64,000 bases of DNA. Source: Shigella phage ESh26. Both the position numbers and the translations under genes were made by a program. Where the stretch lies: sequence record ON528736; one strand, given 5' to 3'. The notes beneath the pieces were generated by a model, which saw only the letters and a list, made by a program, of their open reading frames with translations, was not told the origin of the DNA and did no database searches. Below, one piece after another: positions 1 to 9,246 of this stretch (its first letter is position 1; each line of letters starts with the position of its first letter).

Positions 1-521
1 GTGAGTTCACACTGATAAAAATCTTTATGTGTAAAGAACGGACTGATATAAGCGGTGTTTTCTCCTGGGTCAACAGGTCTAATTTGCTTATTATCCCCTA
101 TTCCAATTATAGTACACCACGGCGGGATAGTTGAAAGCAGAATTTTAAATAGCTTTCTATCATACATTGACACTTCGTCGCAGATTAATACTCTGCATTT
201 AGCTAAATCCGGTACTTCTTTTTGTTCAAAAAGAACGTTTTCTTCATATGTTACCGGGTTAATTTTGAGAATACTGTGAATAGTACTCGCTTCTTTCCCC
301 GATAGTTTTGAAAGAATCTTTTTAGCCGCATGCGTAGGAGCTGCTAAAATAATACCAGTTTCGCCTGTAGATATTAAGGCTTCAATGATGAACTTAGTAA
401 GAGTAGTCTTACCAGTACCAGCAGGTCCATTAATAGTTACATGATGTTTCTTTTCTTTAATAGCCCTCATAACGATGTTAAAGGCATTTTTCTGGCCTTC
501 TGTCAAATCATCAAATGTCAT
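1..521 (-). CDS. dda: DNA helicase Dda, N-terminal part; 3' end lies beyond the window start
   Basis: Minus-strand ATG at 521-519 reads MTFDDLTEGQKNAF...GPAGTGKTTLTKFIIEA (Walker A); frame open to position 1. Confidence 0.8.
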   Translation of the reverse strand, partial: MTFDDLTEGQKNAFNIVMRAIKEKKHHVTINGPAGTGKTTLTKFIIEALISTGETGIILAAPTHAAKKILSKLSGKEASTIHSILKINPVTYEENVLFEQKEVPDLAKCRVLICDEVSMYDRKLFKILLSTIPPWCTIIGIGDNKQIRPVDPGENTAYISPFFTHKDFYQCEL

Positions 522-829
522 CGTAAATTCCCTGCAATTGGTATACTAACAATACGCCCAGTATCTAAAATTCGCCGATATAATCTTTGTGTGTCTACAT
601 CAGGCTTAACATGTTTAACTTCTATTTTATTAAACCAAAACTTGCGTGGAGTCTCGACTAATCTCGGAATTCCCATACCTAAAGCTAGTCGATACTGATC
701 TTTAAGAGTTGTAAATACTTTATCAGCAATCTCCCTTTCAAAAAATACAGCAGGGCGATGTTCATCAAGCGGAACTGGCACTGCAAATCCATCTTTATCT
801 CTATACACTATCGCATATACATAAAACAT
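518..829 (-). CDS. hypothetical protein (dda.1 position)
   Basis: 103-aa ORF, start overlaps dda start by 4 nt. Confidence 0.5.
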   Translation of the reverse strand: MFYVYAIVYRDKDGFAVPVPLDEHRPAVFFEREIADKVFTTLKDQYRLALGMGIPRLVETPRKFWFNKIEVKHVKPDVDTQRLYRRILDTGRIVSIPIAGNLR

Positions 830-830
830 A

Positions 831-1577
831 TTATCCTCGGATAAGTTTAAAAATTGAACAATTTAGCGGGTATCCTCTTTTCAGTTTAAGTTTATCAATA
901 AAAGACAAGTTTTGATACCGCTCTACACCTTGAATAATTTTATCACACATATCATATTGCATTTCTGCTTCTGACAACTTTTTCACAGTTTTCCAATCAG
1001 AGCCTTTAAGAAGAACGTTCAATTTAACAACTTCAGTGCCTTCTGCTATACGAGAACCATCAATACGAGCTTTGAGTGCTACAATCGTTAGCTTAATATC
1101 AGAGGTTTGTTTTGATTTAGAAAGCTGAGAAATGTGTTCAATTCGGTTTTCACGTTTTTTCTGTATAGCTTTAATTTGATTATAAGTCTTTTTGATTTTA
1201 GCCCATTTCTTTTCATCTAAATTTAGTTTATGAACTTTTTTCGCAGATGAACGACCAATTCGCAAAGCAAATAAATCACGCTTTTCAATCAACTCTTCTA
1301 AAGTATAATCAGAACGAAATGTATTATACTTTTTCTTTACTGCAATAACATTCCCTTTAATGTATCCAACGTTATTATCAAAACGTTCTAATGATAATTT
1401 CTCTCCTTCAATACGATTATCAAAAGGTTCTCCAGAGTAAGCGCAAACTTTCTGATCTAAAATGTTCTTAATGTAATTGAAGTCTAAGTTAAAATCTTTA
1501 GAACGTCTTTTAGCAGATGCCTGAGTATGCTCTAGACGACGTGTAATTTTACGAATTTGATTTTTAGACAGTTTCAT
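831..1577 (-). CDS. hypothetical protein at the srd position; contains His-less HNH-like segment
   Basis: 248-aa ORF; segment CAYSGEPF...LSLERFDNNVGYIKGNVIAV; early promoter 1607-1636 upstream. Confidence 0.5.
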   Translation of the reverse strand: MKLSKNQIRKITRRLEHTQASAKRRSKDFNLDFNYIKNILDQKVCAYSGEPFDNRIEGEKLSLERFDNNVGYIKGNVIAVKKKYNTFRSDYTLEELIEKRDLFALRIGRSSAKKVHKLNLDEKKWAKIKKTYNQIKAIQKKRENRIEHISQLSKSKQTSDIKLTIVALKARIDGSRIAEGTEVVKLNVLLKGSDWKTVKKLSEAEMQYDMCDKIIQGVERYQNLSFIDKLKLKRGYPLNCSIFKLIRG

Positions 1578-1606
1578 ATTTTTCTCACGGACGGTTAACT
1601 ACTTAT

Positions 1607-1636
1607 ACTATAACATTTTTACTTCAGCTTGTAAAC
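1607..1636 (-). promoter_or_regulatory. early promoter (GTTTAC-N18-TATAGT)
   Basis: Plus-strand gtaaac 1631-1636 and actata 1607-1612. Confidence 0.55.
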
Positions 1637-1692
1637 AACTTTATGAAAAATGCTTTAAAACTTTCATGGTATAATGAATCTAAGTCCTTCCA

Positions 1693-2295
1693 TTATAGAT
1701 TAAATCCTTCAAAGTCAAGAGTATAGATAGTGTATGTTGAATACTTTTTATACTCGTATCTATCCGCAATTTTAAATACACTTCCAGCTGGTATCATTAC
1801 TTCTTGTTCATCTGAAACTAATTCCATATTACGATAGCGATGGCTATCTGGAAACTTAAAACTCGGGCTGTATTCTTTACAACGTAGAGCTTTTATAGCA
1901 TACTCCTGGAAATTAAACACCATAGGAGCTTTGAATTCAAAAATAACTTGTGTATTGTATTCTAATCCAGAAGCAAAATGTAGAGCTATATTTTTATCAT
2001 ATGAAGCTGATACTACTTTATCAAATGTAATAATATCAATTCCTTGATTTAACACCTGCTTAGTCTCAACTGGAACACCTCTCCAAAGAGGTTTATCGTT
2101 TGGAACCAAACGAGATTTGATTATTTCATTTAACCAAGAATGATCGTCTGGCTTATTAGTAATACAATGAATTAAAAGTTCAATTTCAGATAAATTAAAT
2201 CCTTCGGAAAGTAATTCTTCACGAATAGAAGCACGCACGGATGCATCCATTGATTTGATTTTAAAATCTTTTAATTGCATTGCTGAATATTTCAT
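1693..2295 (-). CDS. modA: ADP-ribosyltransferase ModA
   Basis: 200 aa; R (LWRGV), S-x-S (VVSASYD) and EQE (DEQEVMIP) ART motifs; position after srd. Confidence 0.7.
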   Translation of the reverse strand: MKYSAMQLKDFKIKSMDASVRASIREELLSEGFNLSEIELLIHCITNKPDDHSWLNEIIKSRLVPNDKPLWRGVPVETKQVLNQGIDIITFDKVVSASYDKNIALHFASGLEYNTQVIFEFKAPMVFNFQEYAIKALRCKEYSPSFKFPDSHRYRNMELVSDEQEVMIPAGSVFKIADRYEYKKYSTYTIYTLDFEGFNL

Positions 2296-2915
2296 TCAAC
2301 TACCTCAATATCATACACTTTAAATGTTCCAAATGAATCGTGTAATTTTTCTTTTGAAATAGAAGTTATTTTATACTTTCCAATTGGAATCATCCATTCT
2401 TGTTCACGTACAATCATCATTAAGTTATCAGTACGTTCTGAATCTAATCCATCAGTATCTTCATATGTATACTTAAACTCAGTATTAGGAGAAGAAAGTA
2501 TAATATCGCTGATATGGTCAGAATAATTAAAAGCTTTATCAGTTTTTAAGCGAAATATTATTTCAGTGAAATATTCGGCATAAGAAAAAGAACACGCTGT
2601 ATGCAAACTAGTAGTAAATGAATCTACTCTGTTCGTTGAAAACACTTCTCCAACTTGTAAATCTTTAATGAGTTCTTTTGTCGATTTTGATATACCACGA
2701 TATAGCTGATAAGGCGATTTAGTTAAATGCTTTTTAACGATTTTATTCAACTGCTGATGAAGAGCTTCATTCTTTTTGGCTTCCATACATTGCCAAAGAA
2801 TTGACTGTTCAAAGTCAGTAAATTTTTCACAGACCTTTTTATACATATCATATTGAAAATCGACACTTTCAGCTTTTATAGATAATTGTTCAACATCTGC
2901 AAGATTAATAATCAT
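2292..2915 (-). CDS. modB: ADP-ribosyltransferase ModB
   Basis: 207 aa; YRGIS, FTTSL, EQEWMIP motifs; tandem with modA. Confidence 0.7.
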   Translation of the reverse strand: MIINLADVEQLSIKAESVDFQYDMYKKVCEKFTDFEQSILWQCMEAKKNEALHQQLNKIVKKHLTKSPYQLYRGISKSTKELIKDLQVGEVFSTNRVDSFTTSLHTACSFSYAEYFTEIIFRLKTDKAFNYSDHISDIILSSPNTEFKYTYEDTDGLDSERTDNLMMIVREQEWMIPIGKYKITSISKEKLHDSFGTFKVYDIEVVE

Positions 2916-2982
2916 GATAGCCTCCGTATACTTCAGAAGCTATCATATCATTGTTAGGAAGGAAAGTAAACAACTTTTTGAA

Positions 2983-3165
2983 TTATTTTGCCCAGGGAGC
3001 CCAGGGCGGAGGGTCAAGATGGTATGAAGCTAGTTCTTCTAGAAGAGCATCTGGGGCTTCAATTCCATAATTCTGTAATACTATACGGTACTCTTTCTTA
3101 TAATCACTAGAATCATTCTGGATATTCGTAGAATGATTATCTTCTAACATCTCAAATAAATCCAT
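2983..3165 (-). CDS. hypothetical protein
   Basis: 60-aa ORF in minus-strand gene train. Confidence 0.4.
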   Translation of the reverse strand: MDLFEMLEDNHSTNIQNDSSDYKKEYRIVLQNYGIEAPDALLEELASYHLDPPPWAPWAK

Positions 3166-3173
3166 ATTAATTC

Positions 3174-3644
3174 CTAGCGATAAAAACCAAAATGACGATT
3201 AGCTTCAATAATCTTTCTTTCTTCTTCGGACATTCTCCAGCGTAGTCCAACATCAAAATGAGCCCAGACCATCTTAACAAATGCATTTATATCTTTAATA
3301 TCTTCAATAATGAATGTTTTACTTTTAGAAGGTTGACTAGCTAATTTAACTTTATCGTCTTCAAACAGGTCAAAAAGACCATATTCATTAGCTCTTTTAT
3401 AGCCTTTAATAGTTAAAGCTTCAGAAGAAGAAAACGGTGAATCTGTATTATGTAAAATATCTTCAGTATGCTTTATAATTAGAATAACATTTTCTGGATA
3501 TTTTCTTTCTTTTATATCTTTAATTAAACGATCCGGATTTTCTGCTAAAGGAATAATTAATGAGCAATTTTTATTAAGTGTATTTACTGATTTACCTTCT
3601 TTAGACATAAATTCTATTGAATATCGTTTTGCTACTTCAATCAT
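3174..3644 (-). CDS. hypothetical protein
   Basis: 156-aa ORF. Confidence 0.5.
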   Translation of the reverse strand: MIEVAKRYSIEFMSKEGKSVNTLNKNCSLIIPLAENPDRLIKDIKERKYPENVILIIKHTEDILHNTDSPFSSSEALTIKGYKRANEYGLFDLFEDDKVKLASQPSKSKTFIIEDIKDINAFVKMVWAHFDVGLRWRMSEEERKIIEANRHFGFYR

Positions 3645-3797
3645 GTGATTTCCTTTTGCCTACTAATGGACCGTCAGGAATTTTGTTTTCCTGGATATAT
3701 TTCTCATTTTCTTCCATCATTTTACTGCCAATTTTAAGAAGCAAATCCATTGCTTCATTTGCTTTAGCTTTAGCCTCTTCTAATGTCATATCTCTGT

Positions 3798-4001
3798 TCA
3801 CGATTTATCCCCATAGATGTCTCTCATTAATTTAAGCGCTGAGCGTTCTAATTTCTTTTCTTTCTCAGCACTAATCATTGATTTCATCCATTCTTCTGAT
3901 TCGTTCTGCATTTCTTTATTTGCTTGTTCAACCCAACCATCATCAATATACATTGAGTTTGGTCTACTGAACCATTCAAGCATTTTCTTCAGAACTTTCA
4001 T
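3798..4001 (-). CDS. hypothetical protein
   Basis: 67-aa ORF; overlaps next gene end. Confidence 0.4.
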   Translation of the reverse strand: MKVLKKMLEWFSRPNSMYIDDGWVEQANKEMQNESEEWMKSMISAEKEKKLERSALKLMRDIYGDKS

Positions 4002-4473
4002 TTGTTTTACCTAAAACAACAGTAGGAGCATCATCAAATTCATGAATTTTTAGCAAATTTGGATGTAAACTATTCCACACAGAAGAAATAAAGTATGATA
4101 AAGCATCTTCACTTGCAATTATAAATTTATTTCCTTTATCTATTTTCCAACTATATACTGAATCATACGAATAAAAAGATAAAGGGTTATCATTATATTG
4201 TTCTGCGCTAACATTAATGTATTCTGATTTAGTAAATGCTTCAATTGCTCTAAACGGAATATTTGGTACAGTTTCAATAATACCAATCTTTTTAAGTTTT
4301 ATTTCAGCATCTTCTGGAACTGGCATTGAAACGAAATTTTCTACGAGATACATTGGGTCACAATAACCCTTATCAATCATTACCGCTACGGTAATTGGAA
4401 CATCTTTAGCAAACGACAAACTATTACTGCTAATATACATTTCAAACAAAATCGCTTCCATAATTTTCCTCAA
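3976..4473 (-). CDS. hypothetical protein
   Basis: 165-aa ORF. Confidence 0.45.
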   Translation of the reverse strand: MRKIMEAILFEMYISSNSLSFAKDVPITVAVMIDKGYCDPMYLVENFVSMPVPEDAEIKLKKIGIIETVPNIPFRAIEAFTKSEYINVSAEQYNDNPLSFYSYDSVYSWKIDKGNKFIIASEDALSYFISSVWNSLHPNLLKIHEFDDAPTVVLGKTNESSEENA

Positions 4474-4808
4474 TCACAAGATGTAGATGAACAACTAAAA
4501 TCACAAGAACTTCCACATGAATCACCCGTCCACACATGAACAGGAACATTAGTATCATATGAATCAGAACTAGACTGTGTATTCTGCGTATTAGATGATG
4601 TAGGTGTTGACCAACGCCAAGGATTTTTATAATATTCTTGGGCTTCTTCATAAGTCATAGTAACTGCTTCTACTGTTCCATCTCCCATATAAACATATTC
4701 AACTACAGTTAAAGGAAGGTAGTCGTTTGAAATAGGAACTACACCTTCTCCGGGAGTTGTAGAGAAAAAATCCGTAAAGAAACTTTTAAACCAATTAAAG
4801 ATAAACAT
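4470..4808 (-). CDS. hypothetical protein with Cys/Ser-rich C-terminus
   Basis: 112-aa ORF ending [19 protein letters not shown]; ATGA-type overlap with neighbours. Confidence 0.45.
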   Translation of the reverse strand: MFIFNWFKSFFTDFFSTTPGEGVVPISNDYLPLTVVEYVYMGDGTVEAVTMTYEEAQEYYKNPWRWSTPTSSNTQNTQSSSDSYDTNVPVHVWTGDSCGSSCDFSCSSTSCD

Positions 4809-5014
4809 TACAAAAAGCCTCTCTTGAATTCGACTTGCTTTTCGCCATAATCATATCGAATCTCTGCATTAAATTCGACAGAACCATCTGCGTACATCAT
4901 AAATGAATGCACAACAACTTCTGTAGACCATGGCTGCAGTTCATATTTTTTCATTACATGCCGTGAAATGATAATATCTAAATCTTCATTTGGTTTAATC
5001 CAGCGATTTAACAT
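4808..5014 (-). CDS. hypothetical protein
   Basis: 68-aa ORF downstream of promoter 5041-5070. Confidence 0.4.
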   Translation of the reverse strand: MLNRWIKPNEDLDIIISRHVMKKYELQPWSTEVVVHSFMMYADGSVEFNAEIRYDYGEKQVEFKRGFL

Positions 5015-5040
5015 AGTGCTCTCCTCTATAAGATAATTCT

Positions 5041-5070
5041 ATTATACCATACTCATTTTGGAAAGTAAAC
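5041..5070 (-). promoter_or_regulatory. early promoter
   Basis: gtaaac 5065-5070, attata 5041-5046, 18-nt spacer. Confidence 0.55.
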
Positions 5071-5080
5071 CGGTAAAATG

Positions 5081-5104
5081 AAAAAAGGACTCCCGAAGGA
5101 GTCC
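5081..5104 (-). terminator. intrinsic terminator after soc
   Basis: Hairpin ggactcc-cgaa-ggagtcc; U-run on minus strand. Confidence 0.7.
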
Positions 5105-5110
5105 TTGAAT

Positions 5111-5356
5111 TTATTCACCAGTTACTTTCCACAAATCTTCGTTTGCAGTAATCCATTCAGTACGTTGATTTTCTTCATATACTGTAGAATATGCTGCTTT
5201 TTCTGAAGGGAATGTCTGGTAATGAGCGCCAGAAATTTTGTGAACGTCAGAATAAAGAGGGAAAGCTACAGAAATTTCCTTTCCTTCAATTTTCTTATTT
5301 CCATCTAATTTTTGCTCAAATGTTTTAATATTAACATAACCGCGAGTACTAGCCAT
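5111..5356 (-). CDS. soc: small outer capsid protein Soc
   Basis: 81-aa ORF MASTRGYVNIKTFEQKLDGNKK... matches remembered T4 Soc; late promoter upstream, terminator downstream. Confidence 0.9.
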   Translation of the reverse strand: MASTRGYVNIKTFEQKLDGNKKIEGKEISVAFPLYSDVHKISGAHYQTFPSEKAAYSTVYEENQRTEWITANEDLWKVTGE

Positions 5357-5372
5357 GTAATTCTCCTTTTAT

Positions 5373-5582
5373 TTAAATTACATGACTATTTATAATAAAT
5401 TCTTGCGGAACGTTAAAATACCCAATTTTAGTTAATATAACAACATCACCGTTAATAATTACCGGAGAATAATCGGCTGGAGCATTAAACTTCCAATGGG
5501 CTCTAATATTATATCCATCAGAACCAAATGCTCGACTAGCCGGTCTCCCGGCTTTTTGCCATGCATAAAAATCAAATTTCAT
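5373..5582 (-). CDS. hypothetical protein (soc.1 position)
   Basis: 69-aa ORF. Confidence 0.45.
   Translation of the reverse strand: MKFDFYAWQKAGRPASRAFGSDGYNIRAHWKFNAPADYSPVIINGDVVILTKIGYFNVPQEFIINSHVI
5387..5394 (-). promoter_or_regulatory. late promoter TATAAATA for soc
   Basis: Plus-strand tatttata about 30 nt upstream of soc start. Confidence 0.65.
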
Positions 5583-5782
5583 TTTGAATGCTCTACAATT
5601 AATTTTAAGGCTTCTTCATGCACACACTTACCTAATGGTATATGTCCAGTTTTAATTGTGTAAGCTTTGTGGAGCTGATTAGATAAGAGCTCGTATGTGA
5701 GCTCCTTGTCATAATTTTTAAATAGCTGGTCAATACGTTTCTTGTGGGCTTTCTTAAGCTGACGTTTATTTAAACGAGCCAT
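5579..5782 (-). CDS. hypothetical protein (soc.2 position)
   Basis: 67-aa basic ORF. Confidence 0.45.
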   Translation of the reverse strand: MARLNKRQLKKAHKKRIDQLFKNYDKELTYELLSNQLHKAYTIKTGHIPLGKCVHEEALKLIVEHSK

Positions 5783-6300
5783 TAATAACCTCGGTCTTGA
5801 CGAGCGAAGTTTTCAGCATTTTTCAGATAATAAAGTTTAAAGATTTCTTCAGCCGTAAGACCGAGACCTTGGAACATGTTCAGAACGAAATGAAGAATAT
5901 CAATCATTTCGAATTTAATTTCCAACTGGTCTTGTGGAGACAAATCAGTAATTAAAGTTTCACGACGTTCACCATGCTGTGACTTCCAAGGTTTCCATAC
6001 AGCAGATGCATCTTTTTCGCCATTGCTCATACCACCAAGAGAAGTCAGAAGTTCGCGGAATTCATCATCAATATAATCTTTCTGATTACGCAGCCAATCA
6101 ACAACTTCGCCTGCAGTAGCCAAATCATCAGGATGACGGTTATATTCAGGTTTATCTTTAGCTAAACGAACCTGCAGAGATTTCTGCATATCAAGCATAA
6201 CTTGCAGCGGGTCTTTTTCATCACCGAGAATATCCCAGTATTCATTTTGAGCTTTATCAGCGCCTTCAATCAGTTGTGAACATTCGTTAAAGTATGCCAT
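5782..6300 (-). CDS. 56: dCTPase/dUTPase gp56 (MazG-like)
   Basis: Start chosen at internal MAYFNECSQ (172 aa, T4 gp56 size) rather than the 203-aa ORF start. Confidence 0.75.
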   Translation of the reverse strand: MAYFNECSQLIEGADKAQNEYWDILGDEKDPLQVMLDMQKSLQVRLAKDKPEYNRHPDDLATAGEVVDWLRNQKDYIDDEFRELLTSLGGMSNGEKDASAVWKPWKSQHGERRETLITDLSPQDQLEIKFEMIDILHFVLNMFQGLGLTAEEIFKLYYLKNAENFARQDRGY

Positions 6301-6371
6301 TATTTTTCCTTTCAATTCATGGGTTAGTAGATTAATTATACAATAAATATATAAAGCAATAAGGAGGACAT

Positions 6372-6572
6372 ATGGTACAAAAATTAATGGCACTTGTTAA
6401 TGCCATAAAAGGTAATAAAAAACGTATAGCTTTTACTATTTCTGCTATGGTAGGAATTTTACTCTGGAATTTTGTTTTATCACCAATTGCTATTGCTCAT
6501 GGTGTTAATATTCCAGTAATTACTCTTGATACATTCGTAGATTTAGCATTTGCTTTGGTTGGGTTAATTTAA
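6372..6572 (+). CDS. small hydrophobic membrane protein
   Basis: 66-aa plus-strand ORF in the 56-61 gap, AGGAGG 7 nt before ATG, two hydrophobic segments. Confidence 0.5.
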   Translation: MVQKLMALVNAIKGNKKRIAFTISAMVGILLWNFVLSPIAIAHGVNIPVITLDTFVDLAFALVGLI

Positions 6573-7597
6573 ATCTTAGCGTATTTAGATAGCCGCATTT
6601 TAGCCATCAACCCTTGGGCAATATTATTTTTCATATATTCCATAATTTGTTTAGGGGTTGCACCTTCCTTTCTAATCATATCATTAACATCCTTTGATTT
6701 CCAGGGAGATTTATCCCAAAACATAACCCTTTCTCCTGCATCAACTAATTTAGTCATTCGTTTAATAGTGTCAGGGTGACGAGGTTCATTATCTAAAACC
6801 CACACACGTCTATCTTTAAATGGAACAATTTCTAGGTCTAATTGACCACCCGTAATAGCTATACCATTTTCAATAAAAAGTGAATCTATAGGTCCTTCTA
6901 GAACATATACATCACCATCTTTGACTCGTTCAACTCCATAGATTTTTGTTGCCTCAGGATAAGCTTTGATGGTGATATATTTTTGAGGAGCATCTTTCTT
7001 TAATGCACGTCCTTGAAAAGACTCGGCTTTTCCGTTAGCATTATAAATTGGAATAACAAGACGAGGCTCGGGCATTTCCTTTTTATATGTTCCTGGCGCT
7101 ATACTATTAACTAATTTAGGCCATTCGGTTGTAAACCAAAGATATTTCCATTTATCCTTTGGAATACAACGAGCTTTTACATATTTTATAATTGGATGGT
7201 CTTCCGCCAGTTTATCTAGTCTAATGCATGACGGAAGAGATTTAATTATTTTCTTCTCAGGTTGTTTAGAAAGTTCTTTAGGTTTTTCTACTGGACGACT
7301 TTTACCTTTTTCTTTTCTTATTTCAAAGATATACTCACGATATAAATCAGGTTCAAACTCCTTTAAATATATTCCGATTGGTGCATGATAGTTACAGTTA
7401 TAACAATGAATATTTCCTTCATTATTATCGCCATAATACCATCCACGGGCTTTATTTTGATCGGTTTTTGAATCTCCACAAACAGGACATCTAAACCGTA
7501 ATTTAAAAGTTGAACTATTATTTACTTGTGCGAATTTAGGTAAATGAGCTAATGCACGGTATGCAAACTCATTATCAATCCAAGGTATTGATGACAT
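6569..7597 (-). CDS. 61: DNA primase gp61
   Basis: 342 aa; zinc ribbon CPVCGDSK...HCYNCNYH; position before gene 41. Confidence 0.9.
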   Translation of the reverse strand: MSSIPWIDNEFAYRALAHLPKFAQVNNSSTFKLRFRCPVCGDSKTDQNKARGWYYGDNNEGNIHCYNCNYHAPIGIYLKEFEPDLYREYIFEIRKEKGKSRPVEKPKELSKQPEKKIIKSLPSCIRLDKLAEDHPIIKYVKARCIPKDKWKYLWFTTEWPKLVNSIAPGTYKKEMPEPRLVIPIYNANGKAESFQGRALKKDAPQKYITIKAYPEATKIYGVERVKDGDVYVLEGPIDSLFIENGIAITGGQLDLEIVPFKDRRVWVLDNEPRHPDTIKRMTKLVDAGERVMFWDKSPWKSKDVNDMIRKEGATPKQIMEYMKNNIAQGLMAKMRLSKYAKI

Positions 7598-7599
7598 TT

Positions 7600-7764
7600 T
7601 TACTCTTCTTTTTCTTTAGATTCCTCTTTTTTCTTTTTAGGAATCTGTTCAGGACCTTTATTTACTACAGCGCCTGACGTTGTTCCAGTGGAGATATTTT
7701 CAGGATTACCACCTGAATCTCCAGCTACCATATCTTCTTTGATAAATTCTTTATATGTTTTCAT
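7600..7764 (-). CDS. small lysine-rich protein with CTS-like N-terminus
   Basis: 54-aa ORF below table cutoff: MKTYKEFIKEDMVAGDSGGNPENISTGTTSGAVVNKGPEQIPKKKKEESKEKEE. Confidence 0.4.
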   Translation of the reverse strand: MKTYKEFIKEDMVAGDSGGNPENISTGTTSGAVVNKGPEQIPKKKKEESKEKEE

Positions 7765-7765
7765 A

Positions 7766-8392
7766 TTAACCTCTATTCATAAAAGCATTAAAAATTTGGT
7801 CATCAATAGAAACATTTACTTTAGACTGTTTTTCTGATAGTAATTCATATCCACATATTACAATTTTGTGATCAATATCAAAATGCACAGAAGCAATATG
7901 ATTAATGATGTTTTCAGTAAAGTCTAAATCAACATCAATATCTTTTTGACCACAGCCCAAAGGATAAATAATGCGAGTAATTCGATTATCTTTAACAAAG
8001 ATTCCACCGACATACTCTGTGCTGCGTTTAAAGTCTACACGCCGACGAAATGAAAAATATTCAGGCTCTTTATGAGCTCGGCTCATAGGACACAACGAGT
8101 AACTAGAATAAGAGATGTCAAATCCTACGCCTTCAATATGAGCCAAAGTATTACGATTAAACCAATTATAATCGTACGCCAAATCCATTAGATTATAATA
8201 TGTAAAAGGCACCGGATTAACATCATTAGTCACAAGCACGTAATTAGCAATTGCTATAATTTCATTGTTTTTAACGAATACAAACCGTGATTGATGGGAA
8301 TGACCTGGACCCGCGTTTTCACGATTAATGATATAACACTGGGCACCTTTATATTTGTATGTATCTTTGCACTTGTGCATTTGATAGAGCAT
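7766..8392 (-). CDS. hypothetical protein (61.2 position)
   Basis: 208-aa ORF, translationally coupled to sp. Confidence 0.5.
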   Translation of the reverse strand: MLYQMHKCKDTYKYKGAQCYIINRENAGPGHSHQSRFVFVKNNEIIAIANYVLVTNDVNPVPFTYYNLMDLAYDYNWFNRNTLAHIEGVGFDISYSSYSLCPMSRAHKEPEYFSFRRRVDFKRSTEYVGGIFVKDNRITRIIYPLGCGQKDIDVDLDFTENIINHIASVHFDIDHKIVICGYELLSEKQSKVNVSIDDQIFNAFMNRG

Positions 8393-8685
8393 TATTCACC
8401 TACCACTTCAGCGATGATATTTTTATTATTAAAGTTTTTATCGCAATACAGAACATAATTATACTGCATTACACCACCAGACTTAAGCTGTTTTTGCACT
8501 TCAGCTTTCATTTCAGGACGATCACGCTCAACAATATTCATAATATCTGCTTCAATTTGAGTTTCAACTTCAGTCTGATCTGCAGTCATAGACCATTCAC
8601 ACAAATCTTTGTCATAACCCGCCATAGCAGGCTGAGCAGCACAAGAAGATAAAGCAAAAATTATAGCAAAGATAAATTTTTTCAT
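8392..8685 (-). CDS. sp: spackle periplasmic protein
   Basis: 97 aa with signal peptide MKKFIFAIIFALSSCAAQPAMA; T4 Sp size and position. Confidence 0.8.
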   Translation of the reverse strand: MKKFIFAIIFALSSCAAQPAMAGYDKDLCEWSMTADQTEVETQIEADIMNIVERDRPEMKAEVQKQLKSGGVMQYNYVLYCDKNFNNKNIIAEVVGE

Positions 8686-8745
8686 GATAATCTCCTCAGT
8701 AGTTTATGTTTATATAGTATCTCAATTTCCAATAAAAGTAAACAG

Positions 8746-9045
8746 CTATTTTAAAACTTCTGCATAATCACATGTTACAAACTGTTTCTCTAACTTGACG
8801 ATTTTACGAAAGTATCTTTTGCATTGGCGAATCTGTCGCTTCGTAGGGCGCACAGCAAACTTAATAAATTCCACTCGACCAAATGGAGGACTTTCTTCTG
8901 CTGGAATATCTAATACCAATTCCCACGTATCTGCGATAAGTGCTTTGAATTGAGTATTTTTCCTGACGTTATACGGTGTAGGTTTAAATAAAACAATATG
9001 CATATTATCCTCGGCAATCCACTTCGCATACTTTCTTGTCATCAA
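8746..9045 (-). CDS. hypothetical protein (61.4 position)
   Basis: 99-aa basic ORF between sp and dmd. Confidence 0.45.
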   Translation of the reverse strand: MMTRKYAKWIAEDNMHIVLFKPTPYNVRKNTQFKALIADTWELVLDIPAEESPPFGRVEFIKFAVRPTKRQIRQCKRYFRKIVKLEKQFVTCDYAEVLK

Positions 9046-9187
9046 TGAAAGCTTTAACTAGCGCTTTATTAACTTCAGCATATTGAGTAGTAGCCCATTG
9101 AACGTCATCTTTCATCATTGTGATTTCTTTAGTAAACATGCTTTCGTTCTTAAACCACCCCATAAAAACTACCTTTACCAATTCCAT
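9005..9187 (-). CDS. dmd: Dmd, inhibitor of RnlA/LsoA toxins
   Basis: 60-aa ORF directly downstream of gene 41, T4 Dmd size. Confidence 0.8.
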   Translation of the reverse strand: MELVKVVFMGWFKNESMFTKEITMMKDDVQWATTQYAEVNKALVKAFIDDKKVCEVDCRG

Positions 9188-9213
9188 AAAAATCTCCTCA
9201 TTTAACCAACAAG

Positions 9214-9246
9214 ACTACTATACCATAGTCTTGTCGGCTTGTAAAC
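9214..9246 (-). promoter_or_regulatory. early promoter upstream of dmd
   Basis: gtaaac 9241-9246, actata 9216-9221. Confidence 0.5.

Noticed and set aside
55-279. Plus-strand 74-aa ORF at the window start
   Set aside because: Lies antisense within the dda coding region
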